Of a stretch of DNA of 64,000 nucleotides, positions 19,334-29,270 are shown one piece after another. Origin of the DNA: an uncultured Chloroflexia bacterium (GTDB taxonomy: Bacteria > Chloroflexota > Limnocylindria > Limnocylindrales > CSP1-4); assembly GCA_963746845.1 (NCBI GenBank), contig CAVVCZ010000004.1:896001-960000 (forward strand). Direction: 5' to 3'. The position numbers and the translations under genes are program-made. The notes below the pieces were generated by a model. That model searched no databases. It was not told the DNA's origin and worked only from the letters and a program-made list of their open reading frames with translations. How positions within the stretch are numbered: position 1 is the first letter of the stretch; each line of letters begins with the position of its first letter.

Positions 19334-19410
19334 TGGAGGCGACGACCGGATTCGAACCGGTGAGTAGGGGTTTTGCAGACCCCCGTGTTGAACCACTTCA
19401 CCACGTCGCC
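19334..19410 (-). tRNA. tRNA-Cys(GCA)
   Basis: GGGGT-CTGCAAA-ACCCC anticodon arm, U73, CCA. Confidence 0.96.
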
Positions 19411-19448
19411 CCTGGGCGGCCGATGGACGGCCATGGGCTGGATCAATC

Positions 19449-19522
19449 TGGCTGCCCCTCGAGGATTCGAACCTCGGTTCACGGATCCAAAGTCCGCTGT
19501 CCTACCACTAGACGAAGGGGCA
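19449..19522 (-). tRNA. tRNA-Gln(TTG)
   Basis: GCGGA-CTTTGGA-TCCGT anticodon arm, GTTCGAATCC, CCA. Confidence 0.96.
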
Positions 19523-19569
19523 GCGGGCGGTGTCCTCGAGCGGCTCCCGGCGCATCCCGGGCAGGAAAA

Positions 19570-19645
19570 TGGAGCGGAAGACGGGACTCGAACCCGCGAC
19601 CCTCACCTTGGCAAGGTGATGCTCTACCAACTGAGCCACTTCCGC
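19570..19645 (-). tRNA. tRNA-Gly(GCC)
   Basis: TCACC-TTGCCAA-GGTGA anticodon arm, CCA. Confidence 0.97.
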
Positions 19646-19672
19646 TCGATGACGCGACCACCGCCTGGGCGA

Positions 19673-19748
19673 TGGTGCCGAGAGCCAGGATCGAACTGGC
19701 GACACCGCGATTTTCAGTCGCGTGCTCTACCAACTGAGCTATCTCGGC
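19673..19748 (-). tRNA. tRNA-Phe(GAA)
   Basis: CGCGA-CTGAAAA-TCGCG anticodon arm, CCA. Confidence 0.97.
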
Positions 19749-19814
19749 CCGATGGCCAACCAGGCTCGGTCGCCCGTCGGCGGGGCCGAGGATAGCACGA
19801 GGTCCGACGGCCCT

Positions 19815-20444
19815 TCAACGATGGGCAGGCGTCCCATCGGGGTTGCGGCCGGGCGGGGTCAGCGCCTTCGGCATCAACCCGTCCGCGGCAGCGTCGATCA
19901 GGGTGGCCAGACGGCGTTCGCGCGTCTCGGGACGCTTCGCACTCACGATCCACCAGGTCGCGCCGGTCCGCCACGACGCCGGCCGGGCCTCGAACCACGC
20001 CCACGCCACGGCGTTCGCGCGGAACCGGGCTTGCTCGGCGGGGTCGAGCGCCGCCTCGTGCCGTCGCTCGTATGAGTAGACCCCGGAGCGGTCGGGCCGT
20101 CGCTCCGCGAACGCGGCCAGCCCGGCCGGCCGCATCCGCCCCTCGGCCGTGAGTCGGGCGACCTTGTCGATGTTGATCGCGCTCCAGTTGCTGCCCTTGC
20201 GCCGCGGCGTGAACCGCTGGCGGGACCGCTCCGCGTCCACCGCGTAGCGGACGCTGTCGATCCAGCCGACGCACAGCGCCTCGTCGACCGAGTCGGACCA
20301 GCTCACCGTCGACCGGCCCGACGACTTCCTGTGGTAGCCGAGCCAGAGCTCGGGTGCCGTCTCGTGGTTGGCGTCGAACCAGTCGCGGAGCTCGTCCGCG
20401 CTCTCGAAGTAGATCGGCTCGGGCGGGTCGGCGCCCACGATCAA
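19815..20444 (-). CDS. YdeI/OmpD-associated family protein
   Basis: EALCVGWIDS, FTPRRKGSNWSAIN, SAKRPETRERR. Confidence 0.9.
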   Translation of the reverse strand: MIVGADPPEPIYFESADELRDWFDANHETAPELWLGYHRKSSGRSTVSWSDSVDEALCVGWIDSVRYAVDAERSRQRFTPRRKGSNWSAINIDKVARLTAEGRMRPAGLAAFAERRPDRSGVYSYERRHEAALDPAEQARFRANAVAWAWFEARPASWRTGATWWIVSAKRPETRERRLATLIDAAADGLMPKALTPPGRNPDGTPAHR

Positions 20445-21424
20445 TCGAGACCGGACAGCTGGGCTGCCTCCGGCCCACCGAGCGGCGCGTCGCCCGTCAG
20501 CTGCCGGAGCCGGTTGATCCGGTCGAGCGTCGGGGGGTGGGTCGAGAACAGGCCGCTGGATCGCTCCTCGAACTTCTTGATCGGGTTCGTGAAATACATG
20601 TGCTGCGTCGCGCGGTTGGCGACCTCGAGGACCTCCTGGTCGGTCGAGATCTTGGCCAGCGCCCGCTCGATCCCGTACGGGTTGCGCGTCAGCTGGACGG
20701 ACGAGGCGTCGGCGAGGTACTCGCGCTGGCGGTTGACCGCGAGCTGGACGAGCCGGGCGATGAACGGCGCAAGGATCGACAGGATCAGGGCGACGACGAA
20801 CATGACCGCCTGGAGGCCCCCGCCTCCCCCGCTGTCGTTGCTCCGTCGACGGCTCCCGCCGACCCCGCTCCAGAAGCTGAAGCGGACGAAGAAGTCGGCC
20901 AGGAGTGCGATCGATCCGACCAGGACCCCGACGAGCAGCGCGAACCGGATGTCGTAGTTCCGGACGTGGGAGAGCTCGTGGCCCATCACGCCCTGGAGCT
21001 CCTCGCGGTCGAGCTTCTCCAGCAGCCCGCTCGTGATCGCGACCGAGGCGTGCTTCGGGTCCCGACCGGTCGCGAAGGCGTTCGGTGCGGTGTCATCGAC
21101 GATGTACACCTTCGGCATCGGGATGTTCGCGGCGACCGTCAGCTCCCGGATGACGTTGAGGAGCTGGGGCGCCGACGTCTCGTCGACCTCCTTCGCCCCG
21201 GATGCCGCCAGCACGAGCGAGTCGCCCCCGAAGTACGAGCCCGCCGAGATCAGCCCGCCGAAGAACACCGCGAGGGCCATCGCGAAGAGGCCGGAGGTCG
21301 CACTCCCGCCGATCGCGTAGCCGATCGAGAACCCGAGCGCGGCGAACAGCGCAAGGACGACCAGCACCAGCAGCACGGAGTTGCGGCGGTTCGCCCCGAT
21401 CTGTGAGTAGAAGGTCTCGGCCAT
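20441..21424 (-). CDS. htpX: M48 zinc metalloprotease HtpX
   Basis: PNAFATGRDP, HELSH, REYLAD, FSTHPP; downstream of lemA. Confidence 0.92.
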   Translation of the reverse strand: MAETFYSQIGANRRNSVLLVLVVLALFAALGFSIGYAIGGSATSGLFAMALAVFFGGLISAGSYFGGDSLVLAASGAKEVDETSAPQLLNVIRELTVAANIPMPKVYIVDDTAPNAFATGRDPKHASVAITSGLLEKLDREELQGVMGHELSHVRNYDIRFALLVGVLVGSIALLADFFVRFSFWSGVGGSRRRSNDSGGGGGLQAVMFVVALILSILAPFIARLVQLAVNRQREYLADASSVQLTRNPYGIERALAKISTDQEVLEVANRATQHMYFTNPIKKFEERSSGLFSTHPPTLDRINRLRQLTGDAPLGGPEAAQLSGLD

Positions 21425-21500
21425 GCGGATCCTGCGCCTCGAACCGGCGCCGACGCCTGCCGCGCCGGGACCGCGGCGGCCCGCGCTCGGCGCGTCGCGC

Positions 21501-22070
21501 CTAGGACAGGTTCAGGTTGACGGTCGGGACCGCCGCGGCCTCGGGCTCCGCCTCGAAGAACTCGCGCTTCACGAAGCCGAAGAGGCCGGCGATCAGCACC
21601 GACGGGAACGTCTGGATGCCGGTGTTGTAGTCGAGCACGCTCGCGTTGTAGTGCTGGCGGCTGAACGCGATCTGGTTCTCGGTTGTCGTCAGCTGCTCCT
21701 GGAGCGCGAGGACGTTCTCGTTCGCCTTCAGCTCGGGGTAGTTCTCGACGACAGCGAACAGCGAGCGCAGGGTCCCGGTCAGCGCGTTCTCGGCCTGGGC
21801 CTGGGCGGCGGGGCCCTGGGCACCGGCCGCGACCGCGGCCGCTCGGGCGTTCGTGACGTCGGTCAGGACCTTCTGCTCGAACCCCATGTAGCCCTTGACG
21901 GCCTCGACGAGGTTCGGGATCAGGTCATGGCGCCGCTTGAGCTGGACGTCGATCTGGGCGAAGGCTTCATCGACCCGCAGACGCTTCTGGACGAGCCCGT
22001 TGTACAGGCTGATCACGAAGATCACCAGGATCACGACGATCGCGATCAGGATGATCAGGGGCCAGTTCAT
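21501..22070 (-). CDS. lemA: LemA family protein
   Basis: QIDVQLKRRHDLIPNLV, ENYPELKAN, RQHYN. Confidence 0.95.
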   Translation of the reverse strand: MNWPLIILIAIVVILVIFVISLYNGLVQKRLRVDEAFAQIDVQLKRRHDLIPNLVEAVKGYMGFEQKVLTDVTNARAAAVAAGAQGPAAQAQAENALTGTLRSLFAVVENYPELKANENVLALQEQLTTTENQIAFSRQHYNASVLDYNTGIQTFPSVLIAGLFGFVKREFFEAEPEAAAVPTVNLNLS

Positions 22071-22234
22071 GCAAGCCCTCCGGACAGGAGTAGGACGGTG
22101 GTGTTCCCCACCGATCAGTCTAGCAGCCGATCCCGCGAGATCGATCGCCCCTCGGTGGTGGGCGACTTCTACAAGCGGTCCCGACCCCTCGAAAGACGGG
22201 CTCCGCGCCGTTGTTGAGGCCGTACCATGCGTCG

Positions 22235-23257
22235 ATGATCGACCTGCCCGCGTCGCCGCGCGTGACGCTCGTGATCGCGATGCTCAACGAGGCCGCCGCC
22301 ATCGGGCCGTGCCTCGCCTCGATCGCCGCCCAGGACTATCCGCCGGAGTTGCTCGAGGTCCTCGTCTACGACGGCGGTTCGACGGACGGTTCGGTCGAGA
22401 TCGCCGGGCGGATCGCTGCGGAGCACCCGGGCTGGGCCGTCCGGCCGAACCCGCGGAGGATCCCGGGGGCCGCGTGGAACGCCGGGATCCAGGCCGCCAC
22501 GGGCGACGTCGTCGGGATCGTCAGCGGACACGCCGAGCTCGGCTCGGGCTACGTCGCGAGCGCGGTCCGCGCCCTGCGTGAGACGGGCGCGGACATGGTC
22601 GGCGGACCCGTGCGGGCGATCGGCGAGACGCCGGTCGGCCGGGCGGTGGCGATCGCGGTGAGCACCCCGTTCGGGGCCGGCGGAGCGCGCCACCGCTACG
22701 AGCTGACCGAGCGCGCCGTCGTCGACACGGTCTTCATGAGGATCTGCCGACGGTCGACCTGGCTCCGCTTCCCGTTCGACGAGTCCCTGGTCCGCAACCA
22801 GGAAGACGAGATGAGCTACCGGCTCCTCGACGCGGGCGGCGTGATCGTCTGTGATCCGGCGATCGAGAGCCGCTACCGGAGCCGACCGACCGTGCGATCG
22901 CTGTGGCACCAGTACTTCGACTACGGGAAGTGGAAGGTCCCCGTCCTGCGCGCCCATCCACGTCAGGTCCGCCTCCGCCACCTCGCCCCGCTCGGCCTCG
23001 TGGCGACGGTGGCCGCGACGGGGACGCTCGGCCTCGGTTGGCCCGCCGCCCGTCTCCTCGCCGCACTGGAGGTGCTCGTCTACGGCGCCGCCACCGTCGC
23101 GGCCGCCGTCCTCTACCGGGATCCCGAGCAGCCCGACAGCCTGCTGCTCCTGCTGCTCGTCTACCCGACGCTCCATGTTTCGTACGGGCTCGGCATGGCG
23201 GCAGGCCTCGTGCGACCGCCCGGTCGATCCGGCACCCGACCCGATCTGACGCCGTGA
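22235..23257 (+). CDS. Glycosyltransferase family 2 (ExoA-like)
   Basis: DGGSTDGS, AWNAGI, FDESLVRNQED, C-terminal TM helices. Confidence 0.9.
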   Translation: MIDLPASPRVTLVIAMLNEAAAIGPCLASIAAQDYPPELLEVLVYDGGSTDGSVEIAGRIAAEHPGWAVRPNPRRIPGAAWNAGIQAATGDVVGIVSGHAELGSGYVASAVRALRETGADMVGGPVRAIGETPVGRAVAIAVSTPFGAGGARHRYELTERAVVDTVFMRICRRSTWLRFPFDESLVRNQEDEMSYRLLDAGGVIVCDPAIESRYRSRPTVRSLWHQYFDYGKWKVPVLRAHPRQVRLRHLAPLGLVATVAATGTLGLGWPAARLLAALEVLVYGAATVAAAVLYRDPEQPDSLLLLLLVYPTLHVSYGLGMAAGLVRPPGRSGTRPDLTP

Positions 23258-23287
23258 TGACCCCTCCGGGTCGTCTCGGAGGGGTCA
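23258..23287. terminator. Hairpin between convergent GT2 and tRNA-Val genes
   Basis: TGACCCCTCCG-N8-CGGAGGGGTCA perfect 11-bp stem. Confidence 0.65.
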
Positions 23288-23303
23288 GTCGGTGCGTGAA
23301 ACA

Positions 23304-23380
23304 TGGTGGGCGGTACTGGACTCGAACCAGTGACTTCCTCGGTGTAAACGAGGTGCTCTGACCAACTGAGCTAACCGCCC
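23304..23380 (-). tRNA. tRNA-Val(TAC)
   Basis: CCTCG-TTTACAC-CGAGG anticodon arm, CCA. Confidence 0.96.
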
Positions 23381-23694
23381 TCGCTGAGCGTACGCCATGG
23401 CGGCGGCACGGGTCCCGGCGCCTGCCGGCGCGGGGTCGGCGCCAGTTCCGCTCATGTGCCAGCCAGGACAGCACTACGCAACGACCTCGCCCAGGCAGCG
23501 TTCATCTGCCGTCGTGGGAACGCGAATGAACCGGTGTCTGGGCGATCGCCGCCGTCGCCGATCGATCCGACGTTCGTGGCTGTCGTTTGCGTCAATCGGG
23601 TGATGGCCGGCCGATCGCGGTTCGCGACACTCCTGCACCGCTCCGGACACACGACGACCGCCGGTGGTCCGGCGGTCGGTCAGTCGATGGAGGG

Positions 23695-23779
23695 TGGTGC
23701 CCAGGCCGGGACTTGAACCCGGATGAGTTGCCTCATACGCCCCTCAAACGTACGCGTATACCAATTCCGCCACCTGGGC
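23695..23779 (-). tRNA. tRNA-Leu(GAG)
   Basis: TACGT-TTGAGGG-GCGTA anticodon arm, long variable arm, CCA. Confidence 0.95.
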
Positions 23780-23818
23780 AGGTGTGCCGTCGCTCGTGAC
23801 AGGTCGGGAGGGTTGAGG

Positions 23819-23905
23819 TGGTACCGAGGAAGGGACTTGAACCCATACGCCCTTGCGGGCACTAGCTCCTGAAGCTAGCGCGTCTGCCAATTTCGCCACC
23901 TCGGC
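23819..23905 (-). tRNA. tRNA-Leu(CAG)
   Basis: CTAGC-TTCAGGA-GCTAG anticodon arm, long variable arm, CCA. Confidence 0.95.
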
Positions 23906-23935
23906 GTCGACCCGTCGACCGGGTCGCCAAGAGGC

Positions 23936-25663
23936 CTACCGGTCGTCAGCGAGGCGCCATGTTAGCACATCCCAGAATCGCTCCGACCCGTCGGCGACCT
24001 GGCGATTCACGGGTCCCTGGACCCGCGGACCGAGCACGACGGCCGTGTCCGGCCAGGCGATCGGCAGCACATACGCCTGGCCCGCGAGCTGTTTCTGGAT
24101 CGCGCTGAAGGCGGTCATCCGGACGTCCAGCGGGCCCGGCTTCCGGGCGGCCTCGAGGAGGTCGTCGAGCTTGGGATCCTGCAAGCCGAAGATGTTCGCA
24201 CCGCCGGTCCTCGTCTGCGATGAGGCCAGCAACGGGTAGAGATCCGGGTCGTGGCCGATCGCGACCGACACGATCGCGGCGGTGAAGTCGCCCGTCCGGA
24301 GGCGGTCCGCGGCAATGACCGCCGGATCGACCTCGACCACGGTCACCGTGAAGCCGAGGGCCGTCCAGTCGGCCGCGACCTGCGCCCCGACCGCCGCGAG
24401 GACCGGGCTCTTCGCATGGTCCGGCAGGATCAGCTCGAGGCGCTGTGGGTCCTTGGCCTTCCCCGCATGCCAGCCGTCCTTCGCCTTTGTCCAGCCGGCA
24501 TCGGTCAGGTTCTTCGCGGCCGCCTTCAGGTCGTGCGGGATCGGTGGGCTGGCGGTCCCGTCGAACGCCCACGAGGTCGGTGGCACCAGCCCGGTCGCGT
24601 TGCTGGCGATCCCGCCGTAGGCGACCGTGAGCACCCGCGAGCGATCGATGGCCTCGAGGAGGGCCGTGCGGGTCCGGGAGTCGCTCAGCTCGGGATGGGT
24701 CGGACGGAGGTTCAACGCGACGGCGGTGAGGGTGGTCGTCGGCTCCCGGAGCAGCCGCGCACCGGGGCTGTCGCTGAGCGCCGAGGCGGCCGCCGGATCG
24801 AGGCCGGACGCCGCATCGAGCTGCCCGGAGCGGAAGGCGTCGGCGAGAGCCCCGCCGTCGTCGAAGAAGCGGAGCTCGATCCGGTCGATCCCTGGCTGCG
24901 CCGCGCCGCCGTGGGCGGTCGGCCGTGCCGTCGCGAGCGGGTCGATCGATGGGGCGCGCGAGGCGATCGGTCCGGCCGCCGGCGCGGCCACGGTGCTCGC
25001 GGGCTCGAGAACGGCGTGGTCGCGGTCGAGCTCGACGATCGCGTAGGCGCCGGAACCGACGGGCTGGGCGCCGAACGGGTCGTCGGCCATGCCGGCCGCC
25101 GGCGTGTCGCCGAGGAGGTGGTTCGGCGCGATGGCCTGGGAGGCGAGCGCCGGGAACCCGGCGATCGGTGGGTCCAGGTCGAACCGCACGGTCATCGCGT
25201 CCAGGCTCGTCGCGGTGACGCCCGTCCAGGAACCCGCGCCGGGTCCGTGATAGTCGGGGTCCTTCAGCATGTTCACGGTGAAGACGACGTCGTCGGCAGT
25301 GACCGCCTCACCGTCGTGCCAGCGGGCGTCGGGGCGGAGGTGGAACGTCCACGAGGTGCCGTCGGCGGTGGTGTCCCACGACTGGGCGAGGGCGGGCCGC
25401 GGAGCGCCGTCCGGATCCATCGTCACGAGGCCCTCGAACACGAGGGCGACGAGGTCGCGGTCCGCCTGTGTCCGCGCCGCGAGCGGATTGACCGACGTCG
25501 GCCGGCCGAGGATCCCCTCGCGGTAGACGGCGAAGGTGGCCGCCGACGATGGGACGGCGGAGCCGGTCGGCTTCGGGGCGATCGCCGGGCCGCCGATCGC
25601 GATCGCCGCCACGGCGACCGCGAGGACGAGGCCCGCGATGATGAGTCGGTCGAGACGGTTCAT
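23936..25663 (-). CDS. Peptide/nickel ABC substrate-binding protein (family 5), N-terminal TM anchor
   Basis: VFEGLV, LAQSW, WTFHLR...WHDGEAVTADDVVFT, PVGSGAY. Confidence 0.88.
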   Translation of the reverse strand: MNRLDRLIIAGLVLAVAVAAIAIGGPAIAPKPTGSAVPSSAATFAVYREGILGRPTSVNPLAARTQADRDLVALVFEGLVTMDPDGAPRPALAQSWDTTADGTSWTFHLRPDARWHDGEAVTADDVVFTVNMLKDPDYHGPGAGSWTGVTATSLDAMTVRFDLDPPIAGFPALASQAIAPNHLLGDTPAAGMADDPFGAQPVGSGAYAIVELDRDHAVLEPASTVAAPAAGPIASRAPSIDPLATARPTAHGGAAQPGIDRIELRFFDDGGALADAFRSGQLDAASGLDPAAASALSDSPGARLLREPTTTLTAVALNLRPTHPELSDSRTRTALLEAIDRSRVLTVAYGGIASNATGLVPPTSWAFDGTASPPIPHDLKAAAKNLTDAGWTKAKDGWHAGKAKDPQRLELILPDHAKSPVLAAVGAQVAADWTALGFTVTVVEVDPAVIAADRLRTGDFTAAIVSVAIGHDPDLYPLLASSQTRTGGANIFGLQDPKLDDLLEAARKPGPLDVRMTAFSAIQKQLAGQAYVLPIAWPDTAVVLGPRVQGPVNRQVADGSERFWDVLTWRLADDR

Positions 25664-25715
25664 GGGAGAGTGACGGGGCGCCTGCGGCGTCGGGCCCCCG
25701 CGGGCGAGCGTTCGC

Positions 25716-25946
25716 TCAGACGGCCGTGGGGGCGAACATGAACGACGCCAGCGAGAAGCAGACGAACAGCACGAGCAGCACGATCGTGAACTGCCACAGC
25801 CTGCGCTCGATGCCGCGGCGGCTGCGATAGACCGCGGAGTCGCCGCCGAACGTTCCGGACAGGCCCGTGCCGCGCGCCTGGAGCAGGATCGCGACGACCA
25901 GCGCGATGCTGACGATGATCTGGCCCACGGCCAGGAACGGGTTCAC
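25716..25946 (-). CDS. secG: Preprotein translocase subunit SecG
   Basis: ILLQARGTGLSGTFGG, RRGIE, two TMs; GGAGG SD before GTG. Confidence 0.93.
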   Translation of the reverse strand: MNPFLAVGQIIVSIALVVAILLQARGTGLSGTFGGDSAVYRSRRGIERRLWQFTIVLLVLFVCFSLASFMFAPTAV

Positions 25947-26034
25947 TCGGGACGACCTCCGTCTGGGAACGGTGCGGGATGATAGCACGGCTCGTCCCGC
26001 CGACTCGTCGAGCGCCCGGCCTGGGACCGCCCGC

Positions 26035-27621
26035 TCACGGCGCGCGTCCGGGCCCGAGGAGCGACCGTCCGGTCATCCCGTCCCAGCGCGGCAGGCCCGA
26101 GAGCTCGCAGAGCGTCGGCGCGACGTCGGCCAGGACCCCGTCGCGCAGGGTCCGTCCGTCCACCGACCGGCCCGCCAGCAGGAGCGGAACGACGTTGAGC
26201 GAGTGGGCCGTCACGGGATTCCCGTCGGCGTCCCGCATCTGGTCCGCGTTGCCATGGTCGGCGGTGATCGCGAGGAGCGAGCCGGGGGAGCCGGGGGAGC
26301 CGGGCCGCGCCGCGTCGTGGGCCGCGAGCGCCTCGACGATCCGGCCCAGGCACCGGTCGACGGTTTCCGCCGCGGCGACGGCGGCCGGCCAGACGCCCGT
26401 GTGGCCGACCATGTCGGGGTTCGCGAAGTTCGCGACGATCAGGTCGTAGGCGTCGCCCTCGACCGCCGCGATCAGGGCGTCCGCGACGCCCGCTGCGCTC
26501 ATCTCCGGCTGGAGGTCGTAGGTCGCGACCTTCGGGCTCGGCACGAGGCGACGGTCCTCGCCGGGAAAAGGCGCCTCCCGACCGCCGTTGAAGAAGTACG
26601 TGACGTGGGCGTACTTCTCCGTCTCGGCGACGTGGAACTGGCGCCAGCCGGCCTCCGCGGCCGCGTGGGCGAGCGACCACGACTCCTCGGGCGGGAAGGC
26701 GACCTCGACCGGCAGGCCGGCCTCGTACTCGGTCATCGTCACGACCAGGAGGTCGTGCGGCCGCGGTCCGGCCGAGGACCGGTCGAATCCGGCGAACGCG
26801 TCGCCGTCCGCGAGGGCGTGGGTCAGCTGGCGGGCGCGATCGGCCCGGAAGTTGGCATGCACGACCGGGTCGCGGTCACGAAGGCGGCCGTCGACGCCGT
26901 CGATCACGGTCGGCGCGACGAACTCGTCGTTCTCGCCGCGGGCGTAGGCGGCCTCGATGGCCGCGGTCGCGGATGACGCCCGCTCCCCCACCCCGTGAGC
27001 GATCGCGTCGTAGCCGCGCGCGATCCGTTCCCAGCGCTGATCGCGGTCCATCGCGAAGTAGCGTCCGCCGACGGTCGCGATCCGCGCGTCCGGATGCGCC
27101 TCGGCCAGCCGCACCTCCAGGTCCGCCATGAACCCGAGCGCGGACCGCGGTGGCGTGTCCCGGCCATCGAGCAGCGCATGGACACGGACGTGGGGGGCGC
27201 CGCGCCGCGCGGCGAGCTCGGCCAGGGCGACGAGATGGCGGTCGTTCGCGTGGACCCCACCCGGTCCGATGAGGCTGACGACGTGGAGCCGCCCGCCGTC
27301 GTGCGCCGCGCGGTCGCACGCGCCGAGCAGGGCCGGCCGGGTGAAGAACGACCCGTCGGCGATGGCAGCGTCGATCCGCGGCAGGTCCTGGAGCACGGGT
27401 CGGCCGGCACCGAGGTTCAGGTGGCCGACCTCGGAGTTGCCCATCTGGCCGGCCGGCAACCCGACGGCGTCCTCCGATGCACGAAGCACGCTGTGCGGCC
27501 AGCGCGCGAGAAGCCCGCGCCAGACCGGCATCGAGGCGGCAGCGATCGCGTCGTCGGCGGGGTTCGGACCGATCCCGAATCCGTCGATGACGACGAGGAC
27601 GATCGGTCGAGGGCGACTCAC
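26035..27621 (-). CDS. gpmI: 2,3-bisphosphoglycerate-independent phosphoglycerate mutase
   Basis: GQMGNSEVGH, LDGRD, AETEKYAHVTYFFNGG, NPDMVGHTG, TADHGN. Confidence 0.97.
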   Translation of the reverse strand: MSRPRPIVLVVIDGFGIGPNPADDAIAAASMPVWRGLLARWPHSVLRASEDAVGLPAGQMGNSEVGHLNLGAGRPVLQDLPRIDAAIADGSFFTRPALLGACDRAAHDGGRLHVVSLIGPGGVHANDRHLVALAELAARRGAPHVRVHALLDGRDTPPRSALGFMADLEVRLAEAHPDARIATVGGRYFAMDRDQRWERIARGYDAIAHGVGERASSATAAIEAAYARGENDEFVAPTVIDGVDGRLRDRDPVVHANFRADRARQLTHALADGDAFAGFDRSSAGPRPHDLLVVTMTEYEAGLPVEVAFPPEESWSLAHAAAEAGWRQFHVAETEKYAHVTYFFNGGREAPFPGEDRRLVPSPKVATYDLQPEMSAAGVADALIAAVEGDAYDLIVANFANPDMVGHTGVWPAAVAAAETVDRCLGRIVEALAAHDAARPGSPGSPGSLLAITADHGNADQMRDADGNPVTAHSLNVVPLLLAGRSVDGRTLRDGVLADVAPTLCELSGLPRWDGMTGRSLLGPGRAP

Positions 27622-28412
27622 GCCGTCGCGGCCAGGCGGGCGGCCGCGGTGACGCCGGCGCGGCCGACGATCCCCGCCATCTCGTCGGGCTTCAGGGACG
27701 CCCCGCCGACGAGGGCCCCGTCGATCGACGGCTCGGCGAGGAACTCGCCGATGTTCGCGGCGGTCACGCTGCCGCCGTACAGGACCGGCACGTCTCCGCC
27801 GGTCCCGAGCCCCGGCACCTCGGACAGCACCCGGCGGATCGCGTCGTTCATCGCCGCGGCGTCGCGCCCGCTCGCGTTGCGCCCGGTCCCGATCGCCCAG
27901 ACCGGCTCGTACGCGATCACGAGCCCGCCATCGGACAGCGCGTCGCCGGCGTTCGGGAGCAGGGCCCCGCGGAGCTGCTCGGCGACGACCGCCGCGGCGG
28001 CATCCGCGCCGGCCTCTCGGATCGCGAGCGTCTCGCCGACGCACAGGATCGGCCGGAGGCCCGACAACAGCGCCCGTCCGAGCTTGGCCGCGATCAGGGC
28101 GTCGGTCTCACCGGCGTCGCGGCGGCGCTCGCTGTGGCCGAGGATCACCCACGTCGCGAGGCCGGCCAGCATCGCCGCGCTGATCTCGCCCGTATAGGCT
28201 CCGGCCAGCTCGTGGTGGACGTTCTGCGCCCCGATCGCGACGTCCTCATCCGCCAGCGCGTCGCGCACCGCGGCCAGGCAGACGAACGGCGGACAGATGA
28301 CCCGCATCACCCCGTCGACCCGCGTCCGGCGCGCGATCTCGCGGGCGAGCTCGCCGGCGTCGGCCGGCGTGGTGTTCATCTTCCAGTTGGCGGCGATGAC
28401 GACGGGACGCAT
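27618..28412 (-). CDS. tpiA: Triosephosphate isomerase
   Basis: ANWKMN, GHSERR, AYEPVWAIGTG, LVGGASL. Confidence 0.97.
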   Translation of the reverse strand: MRPVVIAANWKMNTTPADAGELAREIARRTRVDGVMRVICPPFVCLAAVRDALADEDVAIGAQNVHHELAGAYTGEISAAMLAGLATWVILGHSERRRDAGETDALIAAKLGRALLSGLRPILCVGETLAIREAGADAAAAVVAEQLRGALLPNAGDALSDGGLVIAYEPVWAIGTGRNASGRDAAAMNDAIRRVLSEVPGLGTGGDVPVLYGGSVTAANIGEFLAEPSIDGALVGGASLKPDEMAGIVGRAGVTAAARLAATA

Positions 28413-28420
28413 GGCCCGGA

Positions 28421-29248
28421 TCATGCCAGAGGCGAGGGCCCCTCCGGCGGCGACGCGGCCAGCCGCTCGATTCGCTCCAGCGCCCGCTGCACCGCGGACC
28501 GATGGATCTGGAGCCGCTCCGCCAGCTCGCCGAGCGTCGCCTCTGGGGTCTCGCGCCGCGCCTCGGCCACGCTCCGGACGACGTACGGCTGCTCGGACAG
28601 CTCGCCGCTCGCGGTCAGCTCCTCGATCGCCGCGACCTGGCGGCCGGCGGCCCCGACGGCCCGCTGGAGGTTGGCCGACTCCGCGTTCAGGACCCGGTTC
28701 AGGTCGCCACGGAGTGCCCGCGACACCTGCCGTGCCTCGAGCTCGAGGAGGGCCGCCGTCGCGCCGATCCGGCGCAGGAACAGCCCGACCGTGTCGCCGC
28801 TCTTCCAGGTCACGACGCCGCGCCCACGGCGGATCCGCCACGACGCCGGCAGCTCGATACCGGACAGGCGCTGTGCGAGGATCGGGGCGTCGCCGGCGTC
28901 GACGACGAACTCCAGGTGGGTCCGGCCGCCAGACAGGCTAAGCGACCCCCGGGCGAGGAACAGCCCCCGAAGCCAGGCGAGCCGGCAGTGCTCGGGCGAG
29001 GCATCCCAGTCGAAGACGGCGCCGCCGGCCGCCAGGTCCGGCGCGACCGAGGACGACACGTCGCGCGCCAGCCGGACGAGCAGCCGCGCGACCGGCGCGT
29101 CGCGGGCGCCCCCTCGGCCCCGAGAGCCCGGGTCGGCCGTGGCGGCCAGCCCCAGCGCCTCCGCGCGCCGGTCGCACGGCCGTGCCGGATCGATGGCGGC
29201 GAGCTCGGCGCGCAGCGCGAGGACGAGATCGCGGTCGGATCCGCTCAT
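28421..29248 (-). CDS. whiA: DNA-binding protein WhiA
   Basis: LRGLFLARGS, HLEF, NRVLNAESAN, PEATLGELA HTH; rapZ-yvcK-whiA synteny. Confidence 0.88.
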   Translation of the reverse strand: MSGSDRDLVLALRAELAAIDPARPCDRRAEALGLAATADPGSRGRGGARDAPVARLLVRLARDVSSSVAPDLAAGGAVFDWDASPEHCRLAWLRGLFLARGSLSLSGGRTHLEFVVDAGDAPILAQRLSGIELPASWRIRRGRGVVTWKSGDTVGLFLRRIGATAALLELEARQVSRALRGDLNRVLNAESANLQRAVGAAGRQVAAIEELTASGELSEQPYVVRSVAEARRETPEATLGELAERLQIHRSAVQRALERIERLAASPPEGPSPLA

Positions 29249-29270
29249 CGACGACGGGCGGCGAGGCCGG

